A stretch of 64,000 nucleotides of DNA. Origin: Terriglobia bacterium (GTDB lineage Bacteria; Acidobacteriota; Terriglobia; Acidiferrales; UBA7541). Every line of letters begins with the position of its first letter. Position 1 is the first letter of the stretch. Location of the stretch: the NCBI GenBank assembly GCA_963695545.1, contig OY968796.1:320001-384000 (forward strand), in the 5' to 3' direction. A program made the position numbers and the translations under genes. Positions 1-9,519 of the stretch are shown here, in pieces. Under the pieces are notes generated by a model that was not told the DNA's origin, searched no databases, and was given only the letters and a program-made list of their open reading frames with translations.

Positions 1-2
1 GC

Positions 3-2198
3 TGGGTCGCCAACTATTACCTCGCGCCCGAGGGCGAAGTTTTTCGCGGCATGTTGCCGCCGCAAATCGACTTGCGCGCCGACCGCGAATTGCGCGTCAC
101 GCCCGCTGGCGCCGAGCGTCGCCGCTCACTCGCCGCGCGCGGCAATCGCAGTGAAGCCGAAGTCGACGAACTCGCGCTTCTGCGCCTCGCTGAAATCGAA
201 GGCAAGCCCGTGCGCGCCGACCGCATCGCAAAACTCCCCGGCGGCACGCGCGCCGCGGAAAGTTTGCTTCGCCGCGGAATGCTCGAAGCCCGCGAGGTCG
301 CGCGCCGCCGCAAACCGCGCACGCAAAAAATCGTCGCCTGGGGGCGCACCGCGGACGGCGCCGACGCAATTCCGGGAACCGACACCGAACGGCGTCTTCA
401 CCAGATCCTGAGCGCCCAAACGGGCCCGCTGCCATTCGCGGAATTGCTGCGCCGCACCGGCGCCTCGCGCTCGGCCGTCGAACGCTTGATTCGTAGCACC
501 ATTTTGGCGAGCTGGGAAGAACCGCTGGCTCCGACCGCAACGTCGGCGCTCGAAATCGACGAAGCGCCGCCGCGAAATGTTCTGAATGCCGATCAGCTTG
601 CGGCTCTCGGCGAAATTCGCGGTTGGATTGAATCGCGCGCGTTCACCGTCGGCCTGTTGCACGGCGTAACGGGCAGCGGCAAAACGGAAGTTTATCTCGG
701 CGCAGTGGAGGCAGCGCTCGCGCAAGGACGTACCGCGCTCGTCCTCGTGCCCGAAATCGCGCTCACGCTTTGGATGGGCCGCATCTGCCGCGCGCGGTTC
801 GGCGCAATCGTGGCCGTCCTGCATAGCGGCTTGCCTGACGTTGAACGCGTGCGCGAATGGTGGCGCGTGCGCTCAGGCGAAGCGCGCGTGGTGGTGGGAA
901 CGCGCTCCGCCGTCTTTGCGCCGCTTGAAAATCTCGGCGTGGTGATCGTCGATGAAGAACAAGAACCGAGCTACAAGCAGGAAGAAACGCCGCGCTATCA
1001 CGGCCGCGACGTCGCCGTCGTGCGCGCAAAAATGGAATCCGCCGTCGCGCTGCTCGGTTCAGCCACGCCTTCGATGGAAACATATCATCACGCGCAGAAA
1101 GGCCGCTATCGCCTGCTGCAACTCGGATCGCGCGTCGAAAATCGACCCATGGCCGCGGTGGAAATTATCGATCTGCGCGACGACTTCCGCCAAACGCACA
1201 GCAGCGAGCCGGTCTCGGGCGCGCTGCAAACCGCGCTCGCGCGGCGTCTTGAAGAAGGCACGCAGTCGCTGCTGCTCGTCAATCGGCGCGGCTATTCCTG
1301 GTACGCGCTCTGCCGCAGTTGCGGCGCGTCTCTTGAATGCGCGCACTGCTCGATCGCGCTCACCTACCACAAATCGCGCGGCCGCCTCGAGTGCCATTAT
1401 TGCGGCTATTCTCGCGCCGTGCCGAAAACGTGCCCGAAGTGCGATTCAAAACATTTGTATTTCGTCGGCGCGGGCGCCGAGCAACTCGAAGAGCGTTTGA
1501 AAACACTTTTCCCCGACGCGCGCATCGGCCGCCTCGATCGCGACACCGCGCGCCAGCCTCGCATGTGGCAGCAATTGCTCGGCGCGTTTGCCGATGGCCG
1601 CATCGACATTCTGGTCGGCACGCAAATGGTGGCCAAGGGGCACGATTTTCATCGCGTCACGCTGGTCGGCGTGATTTCCGCCGATACGCAGCTCGGCTTG
1701 CCCGATTTCCGCGCCGCCGAGCGGACTTTTGAATTGCTCACGCAGGTCGCCGGGCGCGCCGGCCGCGGCGAATTGCCCGGCCAGGTGCTCGTCGAAACCT
1801 ATCATCCGGAGCATTACGCCATTTCACTCGCCGCGCAGCAGGATTATTCGGCGTTCTTTGAGAAGGAGCTGCACTACCGCCGCATGATGCACTATCCACC
1901 GTTCGCGGCGCTCGCGAGCATCCTGGTGCGCGACGCGCATCTTGAAAACGCCGTGAAGTGGTCGCGCGAAATCGAGCGCTTCTTCGCCGGCGCTGCATCG
2001 AGCGGCGTGCGCGTGCTCGGACCGGCGCCCGCGCCGCTCGCGCGCTTGCGCAAGGAATTTCGTTTCCAATTCTTGCTGAAATCGCCGAAGCGAACCGAGC
2101 TAGGCCGATTGCTGCGCGCCGCGCTCGATCACTGTACGCGCAAGGAAATTCCGCAGAAGGCCGTGCTCGTGGATGTCGATCCACTCAGCCTGATGTGA
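3..2198 (+). CDS. priA: Primosomal protein N' (replication restart helicase), 5'-truncated by the window edge
   Basis: GVTGSGKT Walker A, DEEQE, two CxxC-CxxC zinc clusters, QVAGRAGR motif VI. The frame is open to the window start (WVANYYLAPEGEVFRGMLP), so the true start is upstream. Confidence 0.97.
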   Translation, partial: WVANYYLAPEGEVFRGMLPPQIDLRADRELRVTPAGAERRRSLAARGNRSEAEVDELALLRLAEIEGKPVRADRIAKLPGGTRAAESLLRRGMLEAREVARRRKPRTQKIVAWGRTADGADAIPGTDTERRLHQILSAQTGPLPFAELLRRTGASRSAVERLIRSTILASWEEPLAPTATSALEIDEAPPRNVLNADQLAALGEIRGWIESRAFTVGLLHGVTGSGKTEVYLGAVEAALAQGRTALVLVPEIALTLWMGRICRARFGAIVAVLHSGLPDVERVREWWRVRSGEARVVVGTRSAVFAPLENLGVVIVDEEQEPSYKQEETPRYHGRDVAVVRAKMESAVALLGSATPSMETYHHAQKGRYRLLQLGSRVENRPMAAVEIIDLRDDFRQTHSSEPVSGALQTALARRLEEGTQSLLLVNRRGYSWYALCRSCGASLECAHCSIALTYHKSRGRLECHYCGYSRAVPKTCPKCDSKHLYFVGAGAEQLEERLKTLFPDARIGRLDRDTARQPRMWQQLLGAFADGRIDILVGTQMVAKGHDFHRVTLVGVISADTQLGLPDFRAAERTFELLTQVAGRAGRGELPGQVLVETYHPEHYAISLAAQQDYSAFFEKELHYRRMMHYPPFAALASILVRDAHLENAVKWSREIERFFAGAASSGVRVLGPAPAPLARLRKEFRFQFLLKSPKRTELGRLLRAALDHCTRKEIPQKAVLVDVDPLSLM

Positions 2199-2205
2199 AG
2201 GGAGA

Positions 2206-3210
2206 TCATCCGGTGATCACGATCGGCGCGGGGAGAAAACAGAGCACAAACATCGCCAGCGCGACGACCGACCACACCATCCGCCGCGCCCCGAGCGGTT
2301 GCCACGGATTGATCAGCGGAGGATGCCGGAATCGCAGCGCCAAAAGCAGGATGGCCCATGCCAGCCATCCCCACCAGAAAAAAATCGCCAGCGGCACAAG
2401 CGCCAGCGTCACGGTCAGCGAAATGCGCGCGTGCCTCCGGCTATCGAGCGCGTACAAAATATGTCCGCCATCGAGCTGTCCCGCGGGAATCAGATTGAGC
2501 GACGTCGCAAACAGTCCGACCCACGCCGCGCGACCAATCGGATGCAGCACCAGATTGCTCGCCGCCACGCCAGGCCTCAGCCATGCCAGCAGCAAGCGCA
2601 GCGCGAGCGGCGTGCCGAAGTGCACCACGGTTCCCACCTCGGCGCCGGCGATCACTTTCGCGTGCGCCACGCCGAACGCCAGCGCCGGAATCGCAAGACA
2701 AAATCCGACGAACGGTCCCGAGATGCCCACGTCAAACAGCGCGCCGCGCGTCGGGATCGGCGAACGAATCCGGATGAATGCGCCGAGCGTGCCAATCAGT
2801 GTCGGTGCAGGGATGAAATACGGATAACTCGCGTCAATCCTGTAAGCGCGGCACGCGAAGTAGTGGCCCAGTTCGTGCGCCAGCAAGATGCCGAGCAGCG
2901 TGAATGCGAATGGAATCCCCGGCGCGAGGAGGCTTGGATGAGCGAGCAGTTTTACGTAGAGCGAAAAAAATACATCGAAGTCGGGATTTCGCCCTTCGGC
3001 ATACGCATTGGCGAATTGCGCGCCGACGGCGAGCGTTGAAATGAGCGTCAGCAGAAACAGCACGAGAGCGATTGCAAACTGCTTGGGATGGAATTTCCGC
3101 CGACCGATTTCCAGATATGGCACGCGGCCATACTCGGCCGGCGTGGCGGGTGGCCACGTCCGAGTCCAGACCTCGGCGGGAAGTTTTATGTCGGAGTTTT
3201 CCGGGTCCAT
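2206..3210 (-). CDS. Site-2 protease family (M50) membrane zinc metalloprotease
   Basis: HELGH zinc motif, NLIPAGQLDGGH motif, multiple hydrophobic segments. Start ATG 3210 (GTG 3252 is an alternative). Confidence 0.9.
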   Translation of the reverse strand: MDPENSDIKLPAEVWTRTWPPATPAEYGRVPYLEIGRRKFHPKQFAIALVLFLLTLISTLAVGAQFANAYAEGRNPDFDVFFSLYVKLLAHPSLLAPGIPFAFTLLGILLAHELGHYFACRAYRIDASYPYFIPAPTLIGTLGAFIRIRSPIPTRGALFDVGISGPFVGFCLAIPALAFGVAHAKVIAGAEVGTVVHFGTPLALRLLLAWLRPGVAASNLVLHPIGRAAWVGLFATSLNLIPAGQLDGGHILYALDSRRHARISLTVTLALVPLAIFFWWGWLAWAILLLALRFRHPPLINPWQPLGARRMVWSVVALAMFVLCFLPAPIVITG

Positions 3211-3292
3211 GAGATCGCGCGCAACTGTCTGCGGGCGGATGCGCCGCGGCACAATTCAGAATACGCTGAGCGTTTGGAAAGCGGCAAGCGCG

Positions 3293-3559
3293 TTACAGCG
3301 TTTGCAGTTCCTTGCCGGGCTTGAAGCGCACGGCCTTGCCGGGGGGGATGCTCACTTCCTGTCCGGTGCGCGGGTTGCGGCCGATGCCGGTCTTGCGGGG
3401 CTTAACGCCGAAGACGCCGAAGCGGCGCAGCTCGATTCGTTCGCCGCGGCCCAGAGCTTTCTTCATGGCGTCGAACACGGCCTCGACGGCCTGTTCAGCG
3501 CGGGTGCGGCTGACGCCGGTCTTGTTCACGACGGCGTTCACGATGTCGAGCTTGATCAT
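3293..3559 (-). CDS. HU/IHF family DNA-binding protein
   Basis: 88 aa with ELRRFGVF and GRNPRTG arm motifs; GGAGGA RBS upstream. Confidence 0.95.
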   Translation of the reverse strand: MIKLDIVNAVVNKTGVSRTRAEQAVEAVFDAMKKALGRGERIELRRFGVFGVKPRKTGIGRNPRTGQEVSIPPGKAVRFKPGKELQTL

Positions 3560-3773
3560 GGCTTCCTCCGGCTCAAGAAATGGAAGCCTATGCTAGACAG
3601 GAGGTTGCGGGTTGTCAAGGCAATGCGGCGTGCGCCGAACTGCGCGGAGCGCATTGCTTCAATCGACTGCTGCGAGCGCACCGCTATGATAAGATGCGAT
3701 TCCCTTTGAGCAATGCGTTCCGCGCAGGCCGGTTATCTAACGCCGGAATCAGGAAACCCAACAGGAGGCACTC

Positions 3774-4328
3774 ATGTCGGTCAGGCCCGACCGCTGGATT
3801 CGCCGCATGGCGCTTGAGCATAAGATGATTGAGCCGTTCGAGGATCGCCAGGTGCGCGACGGCGTGATCAGCTACGGCGTTTCAAGCTATGGCTACGACA
3901 TTCGCGTGGCCGACGAATTCCGCATATTTACGAACGTCAATTCGACGATCGTGGACCCGAAGAATTTCGACCCCAAATCTTTTGTCGAGCTGCGCGCCGC
4001 CATCTGCGTGATTCCGCCGAACTCGTTCGCGCTGGGCCGCTCGGTGGAATATTTTCGCATCCCGCGCAACGTGCTCACGATCTGCGTCGGCAAATCCACG
4101 TATGCACGTTGTGGAATCATCGTCAACGTCACGCCGTTCGAGCCGGAATGGGAAGGCTTCGTAACGCTCGAGATCAGCAACACCACTCCGCTGCCCGCGA
4201 AAATTTACGCGAACGAAGGTCTTTGCCAGGTGATTTTTTTTGAGTCCGACGATGACTGCGAAATCTCCTACAAGGACAAGAAGGGCAAATATCAATCGCA
4301 GCAAGGAATCGTGCTTCCGCGATTGTAA
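3774..4328 (+). CDS. dcd: dCTP deaminase
   Basis: [25 protein letters not shown] and YANEG motifs; AGGAGG RBS. Confidence 0.97.
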   Translation: MSVRPDRWIRRMALEHKMIEPFEDRQVRDGVISYGVSSYGYDIRVADEFRIFTNVNSTIVDPKNFDPKSFVELRAAICVIPPNSFALGRSVEYFRIPRNVLTICVGKSTYARCGIIVNVTPFEPEWEGFVTLEISNTTPLPAKIYANEGLCQVIFFESDDDCEISYKDKKGKYQSQQGIVLPRL

Positions 4329-4391
4329 TTCGCGATCGCATCGGTCGCCTCGCGCAATGCCGCAAGACGCCGCGAACCGCGGTTCGCCAAC

Positions 4392-5081
4392 TTAATTCTG
4401 GCTCGCGGCGATCCCCACGCTGCGAAAACCGTCGAGCGGACCGATTTCATTCGCGCGCCGCGAAGAATTAAGATCCGCCGGCTGACCCCAGCGACCCGCG
4501 AAGACAAATTGCTCAAGCGGATTTCGCTGACGCGGTTTTCGCGCGACGGCCTTAGCTGCGTTTGCCGCAGTCTCCTGCGCAGCCGGATAGCCCAGCGCAA
4601 TCACCGCGACCGGCTCCCAACCTTCGGGTATCGCCAATTTCTCCCGCGCCGCTTTCGGATCGAAGCCGCCCATCGGCCCGGCGACCAGCCCTAGCGCGGT
4701 CGCCTGCGTCAACAGATTCGCCGTGGCCATTCCCACATCGTGCCAGCCGTGGCGATTCGGCGCGCCGTTATGCGGATACGTGGTACGCGCGATGGTGACG
4801 ATCAGCACCGGCGCATCGGCTGCCCACCTGCGGTTGATGTCCATGAGCGTGCTCGCGATCGCTTCGTGTGCGTCGGGCTGTTGCTGCTTATCGCCCACGA
4901 CGAACGCCCACGGCTGCGCGTTAAAGGATGAAGGAGCCCACCGCGCCGCCTCGAGCACGCTGCGAAGAATCACGGGCGCGACCGCGCGCGGCGAAAATTC
5001 GTGAGCGCTCGCTCTGCGGGCGAGTATTTCATGGACTGGCTCTTCAACTGCAGATTGCGGAGTGTTGTTAATACTGTTCAT
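4392..5081 (-). CDS. Nitroreductase family protein
   Basis: RRAS..F, AARWAPSSFNAQPW and MGGFD motifs; AGGAG RBS before ATG 5081. Confidence 0.9.
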   Translation of the reverse strand: MNSINNTPQSAVEEPVHEILARRASAHEFSPRAVAPVILRSVLEAARWAPSSFNAQPWAFVVGDKQQQPDAHEAIASTLMDINRRWAADAPVLIVTIARTTYPHNGAPNRHGWHDVGMATANLLTQATALGLVAGPMGGFDPKAAREKLAIPEGWEPVAVIALGYPAAQETAANAAKAVARKPRQRNPLEQFVFAGRWGQPADLNSSRRANEIGPLDGFRSVGIAASQN

Positions 5082-5120
5082 CGGCTTTCTCCTATGAAGC
5101 AATGGGCCTCGTGCCGTTGT

Positions 5121-5132
5121 TCGTTGTAACGA
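5121..5132. promoter_or_regulatory. Putative MarR operator (TCGTTGTAACGA) upstream of the nitroreductase
   Basis: Inverted repeat; its reverse complement recurs exactly at 5692-5703 in the marR promoter. Confidence 0.65.
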
Positions 5133-5150
5133 CTGTGTGGTCCAAAAAAA

Positions 5151-5678
5151 TCACGCGTCCTCCTTTGAAGTCCAGGAGGCTCTCAGTCCCGCCAGAAGCT
5201 TTCCCAGTTCAGCGAGTTGTTGCTGCGGAATGGCTGCGAACTGTCGCTTGTGCAGCGCACAGAGGGGAGCGTCCAATTCGCTCAAAATCCGCAGACCCTC
5301 CCTGGTGATGCGCGTTTTTATGACGCGCCGATCTTCTTGTTGCCGCTCGCGCGCGATCAGGCCGCGGCTCTCAAGGCGATCGAGCAAGCGGGTGATGTCG
5401 GGATCGTGCGTGATCATGCGATCACCGACTTCTCCGCAGGCCAGACCAGCCGCGCCGGCGCCCCTGAGAATGCGCAGAACATTGAACTGCGAGTTCGACA
5501 GATCAAAGGGCCCAAAAATCTCTTCGGCGTCCCGTTGCAGTGCGCTGTTCAGACGAAGCAGGTCAAAAATAATCTGCTGCTCGAGCGACGGCGACGCCGG
5601 CACAAGGGCCGAGGACGTGCGGACGCCGCGTTCTCTCCGTGACTGCCTTGTGCGCATCTTGGTCGTGGTTGCCATCAC
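5151..5678 (-). CDS. MarR family transcriptional regulator
   Basis: LSNSQFNVLRIL, ITRLLDRLESRGLI and DRR winged-helix signature. Confidence 0.93.
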   Translation of the reverse strand: MMATTTKMRTRQSRRERGVRTSSALVPASPSLEQQIIFDLLRLNSALQRDAEEIFGPFDLSNSQFNVLRILRGAGAAGLACGEVGDRMITHDPDITRLLDRLESRGLIARERQQEDRRVIKTRITREGLRILSELDAPLCALHKRQFAAIPQQQLAELGKLLAGLRASWTSKEDA

Positions 5679-5684
5679 ACGAAG

Positions 5685-5713
5685 ATATTACTCGTTACAA
5701 CGACTATTGTCAA
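5685..5713 (-). promoter_or_regulatory. Sigma70 promoter of marR (TTGACA-17-TAATAT) with the operator in the spacer
   Basis: -35 at 5713-5708, -10 at 5690-5685, palindrome TCGTTACAACGA at 5692-5703. The predicted TSS falls at the start codon. Confidence 0.7.
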
Positions 5714-5721
5714 GAGGAAAG

Positions 5722-6444
5722 TCATGGCTTCTGCGTTGGCCTTATAAGTAACTCACTTACAAAGCTTTGCGGTGCCTGAGTGACCAGCATGGCAACCGCG
5801 TGGGCCACATCATCGGGCTGGAGCATTTTCGAGGGGTCTTTTCCGGAGTGCGGGCCGAATTCTGTGAGCACCGAGCCAGGACAGACCACACTGACGCGAA
5901 TGCCGTGCGCACGGAGATCTTCGGCGAGGCAGTAGCTAAAGCCCTGAAGGCCCCATTTGGACGCGCAATAGACGGCGCCGTTGGCAAAGGCGTTCTTTCC
6001 GGCGAGCGAACTGATGTTGACGATGTGGCCGGTACGGCGAGCAATCATTCCGGGCGCGGCCGCCCGGCACACTAGAAAAACGCCTTTGAGGTTGATATCG
6101 AGCACGCGATCCCAATCCTGCTCCGTCGCGTCCTGGCCAGGACCGAAGACGCCGATGCCGGCGTTGTTTACGACGATGTCCAATGGTCCGAGCGATTGCA
6201 CGACTTGTGCAACGAGGCGCGAGACATCATCCGATCTAGAAACGTCGGCGGTCACGGCCAGCACGGAGGACAGGCCTTCGCCCCGCAATAGTGCGGCCGA
6301 TTCCTCCAAGCTCTTTCGATCGCGCGCGCAGATGGCGACTTTCGAACCCATTGCGCCAAGACGCCGCGCGATGGCCAAGCCGATGCCGCGACTGCCTCCG
6401 GTGACGAGCGCAGTTTGTCCGACGAGCGACGATTGGAGTTGCAT
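5722..6444 (-). CDS. Short-chain dehydrogenase/reductase (SDR)
   Basis: TGGSRGIG, NNAG and YCASK motifs. Confidence 0.93.
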   Translation of the reverse strand: MQLQSSLVGQTALVTGGSRGIGLAIARRLGAMGSKVAICARDRKSLEESAALLRGEGLSSVLAVTADVSRSDDVSRLVAQVVQSLGPLDIVVNNAGIGVFGPGQDATEQDWDRVLDINLKGVFLVCRAAAPGMIARRTGHIVNISSLAGKNAFANGAVYCASKWGLQGFSYCLAEDLRAHGIRVSVVCPGSVLTEFGPHSGKDPSKMLQPDDVAHAVAMLVTQAPQSFVSELLIRPTQKP

Positions 6445-6696
6445 AAGAGTTTCCTCGCCATTTTGAAGATTGAAATTCGGCGGACGCGCCACCAAATGCG
6501 TGCGGAAATCATCTTACCATTGAAGGCGCGGACGGCCGGAGCGCGGAAGGAGCTACCGGCGCGGGAAACCGGCTTGCGCCGGGGATGCGGATTTCCTATA
6601 ATCGCGCATCCTCCATGCGTACCTGACGGTTAGATCAATCTGAGTAAAAGCGCGAGTGAGGAAACGAGTCTGTTGCTTAGAGAACGGGGAGAACCG

Positions 6697-8058
6697 ATGA
6701 ACCGAATTTGGAAACAAGGCAGAGCCGGACTCGTAGGTGCGGTGTTGTTGGTCTGTGGCGCGGGCCTGGTTGCGAGCGCGGCGCAGGGCCAGAGCGCGGC
6801 GCCGGCGCAACAGGCCGCGCCAGCGTACACGCTGGCCGAATATAACGCGTATCAGGCCGCGGCGGCGGACAAGGATCCGGCGCAACGCGTGAAGGACCTG
6901 GATGACTTCGTCTCGAAATTTCCGAACTCCGCTTTGATGCCGTACGTCTACAACACCTACTATCACGCATACAACGATCTGAAGAATTATCCGAAGGTGA
7001 TCGAATACGCCGATCGCGAAATTGCTCTCGGAGATAAGGTGACTCCGGCGACGCGCTTTCAGGCGCTGTATTTGAGGACGCTGGCCTTCAATTATTCTTT
7101 CAGCGAGAAGGATCCGACCGCACAGGACGAAGCTACGCAGGAGTTGGCGGCGGCCAAGTTGGGATTGCAGGTTCTGGACCAAGTCCCTAAACCAGCCAAT
7201 CAGACGGACGATCAGTGGGCGGACAGCAAGAAGGCGCCCACAGCGCTGTTCAATTACACGGCGGGCATCGCGTCGGCGGCCACGAAGGATTTTGCTTCGG
7301 CAGTGACTTATTACAAGGCGGCGTTGGCGGCGACGCCGAACGATGCGGTGACGTACTTCCATCTGGGTGTCGCTTATTTGGAAATGACTCCTCCGCAAAG
7401 CCTCGACGGCTTCTGGGCCTTGGCGCGTTCGGTGGCGCTAAAGGGTCAGGGAGCAGATCAGGTGAAGGCCTATCTGCGCGGACAGATTCAGAATTATCAG
7501 CAGACTGGGTGCGACAACCTGATCGACGATCAGATGAACGAACTGATCACGCTAGCGGGGACGACGCCCGATCGGCCCGCGACGTACACAATTCCCAGCG
7601 CCGCGGATTTGGCCACAGCGCGGAACGATACCACCGACTTCATACCCTGGCTGAAAGAAGGCGGCGATCACGGCAAGCTGATGTGGCTGGCGACTTGCGG
7701 GCTGGTGTTCCCCGATGTGGCCGTTGAGGTGATGACCGTGACGCCGGCGACCGATCCGAGTAACGCCACACTTCTGGTCTATCGGCCCGCGGCAAGCGAT
7801 CCGGACGCGGCGCAAAAGGAAATGGATGCGGCGACCGATCCGAACATGACCGTGAACATCGTGGGGCAGCCGGAAGTGAGTCGCTTGCAAAAAGGCGACG
7901 GCGTGCGGTTCACGGGAACACTGACGGGTTACGCACCGACGCCGTTTATGCTGACGTGGGACCAAGCTAAGGTGAACGCCGAGGACATTCCCCCGGAAAA
8001 GGCGGCGCCCGGAGCAAGGCGGCCAGGGCATAAAGCCGCCACGCCGCCAGGTCGTTAG
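6697..8058 (+). CDS. Secreted TPR-like helical repeat protein of unknown function
   Basis: Signal peptide-like N-terminus (..LVASAAQG), TPR-like helices (AVTYYKAALAATPNDAVTYFHLG); GGGGAG RBS. Confidence 0.8.
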   Translation: MNRIWKQGRAGLVGAVLLVCGAGLVASAAQGQSAAPAQQAAPAYTLAEYNAYQAAAADKDPAQRVKDLDDFVSKFPNSALMPYVYNTYYHAYNDLKNYPKVIEYADREIALGDKVTPATRFQALYLRTLAFNYSFSEKDPTAQDEATQELAAAKLGLQVLDQVPKPANQTDDQWADSKKAPTALFNYTAGIASAATKDFASAVTYYKAALAATPNDAVTYFHLGVAYLEMTPPQSLDGFWALARSVALKGQGADQVKAYLRGQIQNYQQTGCDNLIDDQMNELITLAGTTPDRPATYTIPSAADLATARNDTTDFIPWLKEGGDHGKLMWLATCGLVFPDVAVEVMTVTPATDPSNATLLVYRPAASDPDAAQKEMDAATDPNMTVNIVGQPEVSRLQKGDGVRFTGTLTGYAPTPFMLTWDQAKVNAEDIPPEKAAPGARRPGHKAATPPGR

Positions 8059-8091
8059 CTTCTGCGCAAATCGACAGTCCGAAGTTCTCTC

Positions 8092-8124
8092 AAGCGGCCC
8101 GGAAATTTCCGGGCCGCTTTTTTT
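8092..8124 (+). terminator. Rho-independent terminator
   Basis: AAGCGGCCCGGAA-AT-TTCCGGGCCGCTT hairpin followed by a T-tract. Confidence 0.85.
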
Positions 8125-8201
8125 GTGTGGCTCAGTGCTGAAAATTATCTGGGAACCGCGATCGGGTCGCGACCGCTTAGCGCGCGAACGCGCTTCGACA
8201 T

Positions 8202-8423
8202 TCAGGCGTGGTGGCGCGGGTGCTGATCGAGTTTATAGAGACCAATCTTGCGGCTCAGTGTGTTGCGGTGAATGCCGAGCAGGCGGGCGGCGCGCGATTG
8301 ATTGCCATTCGAGCGATCGAGAGCGCGTTTGATAAAGCGCTTCTCAAACTCATTCACGGCTTCGTCGAACAGGATTCCGCGCTCGACCATCTGTCCAACG
8401 AGCGATTCGAGTTGATCTCTCAC
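8202..8423 (-). CDS. Fis-type helix-turn-helix protein
   Basis: FEKRFIKRAL..SNGNQSRAARLLGIHRNTLSRK (HTH_8). Confidence 0.88.
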   Translation of the reverse strand: MRDQLESLVGQMVERGILFDEAVNEFEKRFIKRALDRSNGNQSRAARLLGIHRNTLSRKIGLYKLDQHPRHHA

Positions 8424-8446
8424 GTGTGCACGCTCCGCGGGAAAAT

Positions 8447-9343
8447 TCAGACGACCGCTTGGTCAAGATCGTGGCCCGCGATGAGCCGGTAGGCTTCGCG
8501 ATACTTTTCCCGCGTGCCGCGCACCACATCGGCGGGAAGTTCGGGCCCCGGCGGCAATTTGTTCCAACCGATGCGCTCGAGATAGTCACGCACGAACTGC
8601 TTGTCGAACGAGGGCTGCGGCCGGCCGGGTGCGTAGCCTTCGGCGGGCCAGAAGCGCGAAGAATCCGGCGTGAGCGCTTCGTCGATCCAGATCAATTCGC
8701 CATCGAGCAGGCCAAACTCAAATTTAGTATCGGCCAGCAGGATTCCGCGCGGGGCAGCGTACTCGGTGGCGCGCCGATAGAGCTCGATGCTGATCGAGCG
8801 CACGCTTTCGGCGAGTTCGGCACCGATTTGGCGCACGACTTCGTCGAAAGAAATATTTTCGTCGTGACCTTGGGTCGCTTTGGTGGAAGGCGTGAAGAGC
8901 GGCTCGGGCAATTTATCGGACTCTCGCAAGCCAGCGGGCAGAGGAATGCCGCAAACTTTGCCGGTGGCGCGGTAATCCTTCCATCCGCTGCCGACAAGAT
9001 AGCCGCGCACGACACATTCGACGGGGAGAGGCTTTGTTTTGCGGCAGAGCATGGAGCGGCCCGCGAGCTGGTCGCGCTCGGAAGCCAGCTCCGGCGGAAG
9101 TTCTTCGCCGCTGATGACATGATTCGGGACGACGTCGGCGAGGCGATCGAACCAGAAACGCGAAAGCTGCGTGAGCACGCGGCCTTTGTCGGGGATCGGC
9201 GTGGGCAAGACTACGTCGAAGGCCGAGATGCGATCGGTGGCGACGAGAAGCAGGCGGCCGCCCACTTCGTAAATGTCGCGCACTTTGCCGCGCGAGAGAA
9301 GCTTCGCGCCGGCAAGATTCGTTTCCCAAACGACCGAGCTCAT
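8447..9343 (-). CDS. purC: Phosphoribosylaminoimidazole-succinocarboxamide synthase
   Basis: GKVRDIY, DRISAFD, DTKFEFG, DEALTPDSSRFW and DKQFVRDYL motifs. Start uncertain (9343 or 9388). Confidence 0.97.
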   Translation of the reverse strand: MSSVVWETNLAGAKLLSRGKVRDIYEVGGRLLLVATDRISAFDVVLPTPIPDKGRVLTQLSRFWFDRLADVVPNHVISGEELPPELASERDQLAGRSMLCRKTKPLPVECVVRGYLVGSGWKDYRATGKVCGIPLPAGLRESDKLPEPLFTPSTKATQGHDENISFDEVVRQIGAELAESVRSISIELYRRATEYAAPRGILLADTKFEFGLLDGELIWIDEALTPDSSRFWPAEGYAPGRPQPSFDKQFVRDYLERIGWNKLPPGPELPADVVRGTREKYREAYRLIAGHDLDQAVV

Positions 9344-9519
9344 AGATGGAGAAGCCAAGGGTGATTCATTCCCGTGAAAGGCGCCCATTCTAGCGCGCGG
9401 GCGGCGGATGTCAAACGTGCGGCTGTGGAAAGCTGTGCGTGCCTGTGAAAGAAATTTTACGAAGACGCTTGCAATTTCCGCGGAGCACGGAGTGAAGAAG
9501 CGGCGCTGGCTGAACGGCG

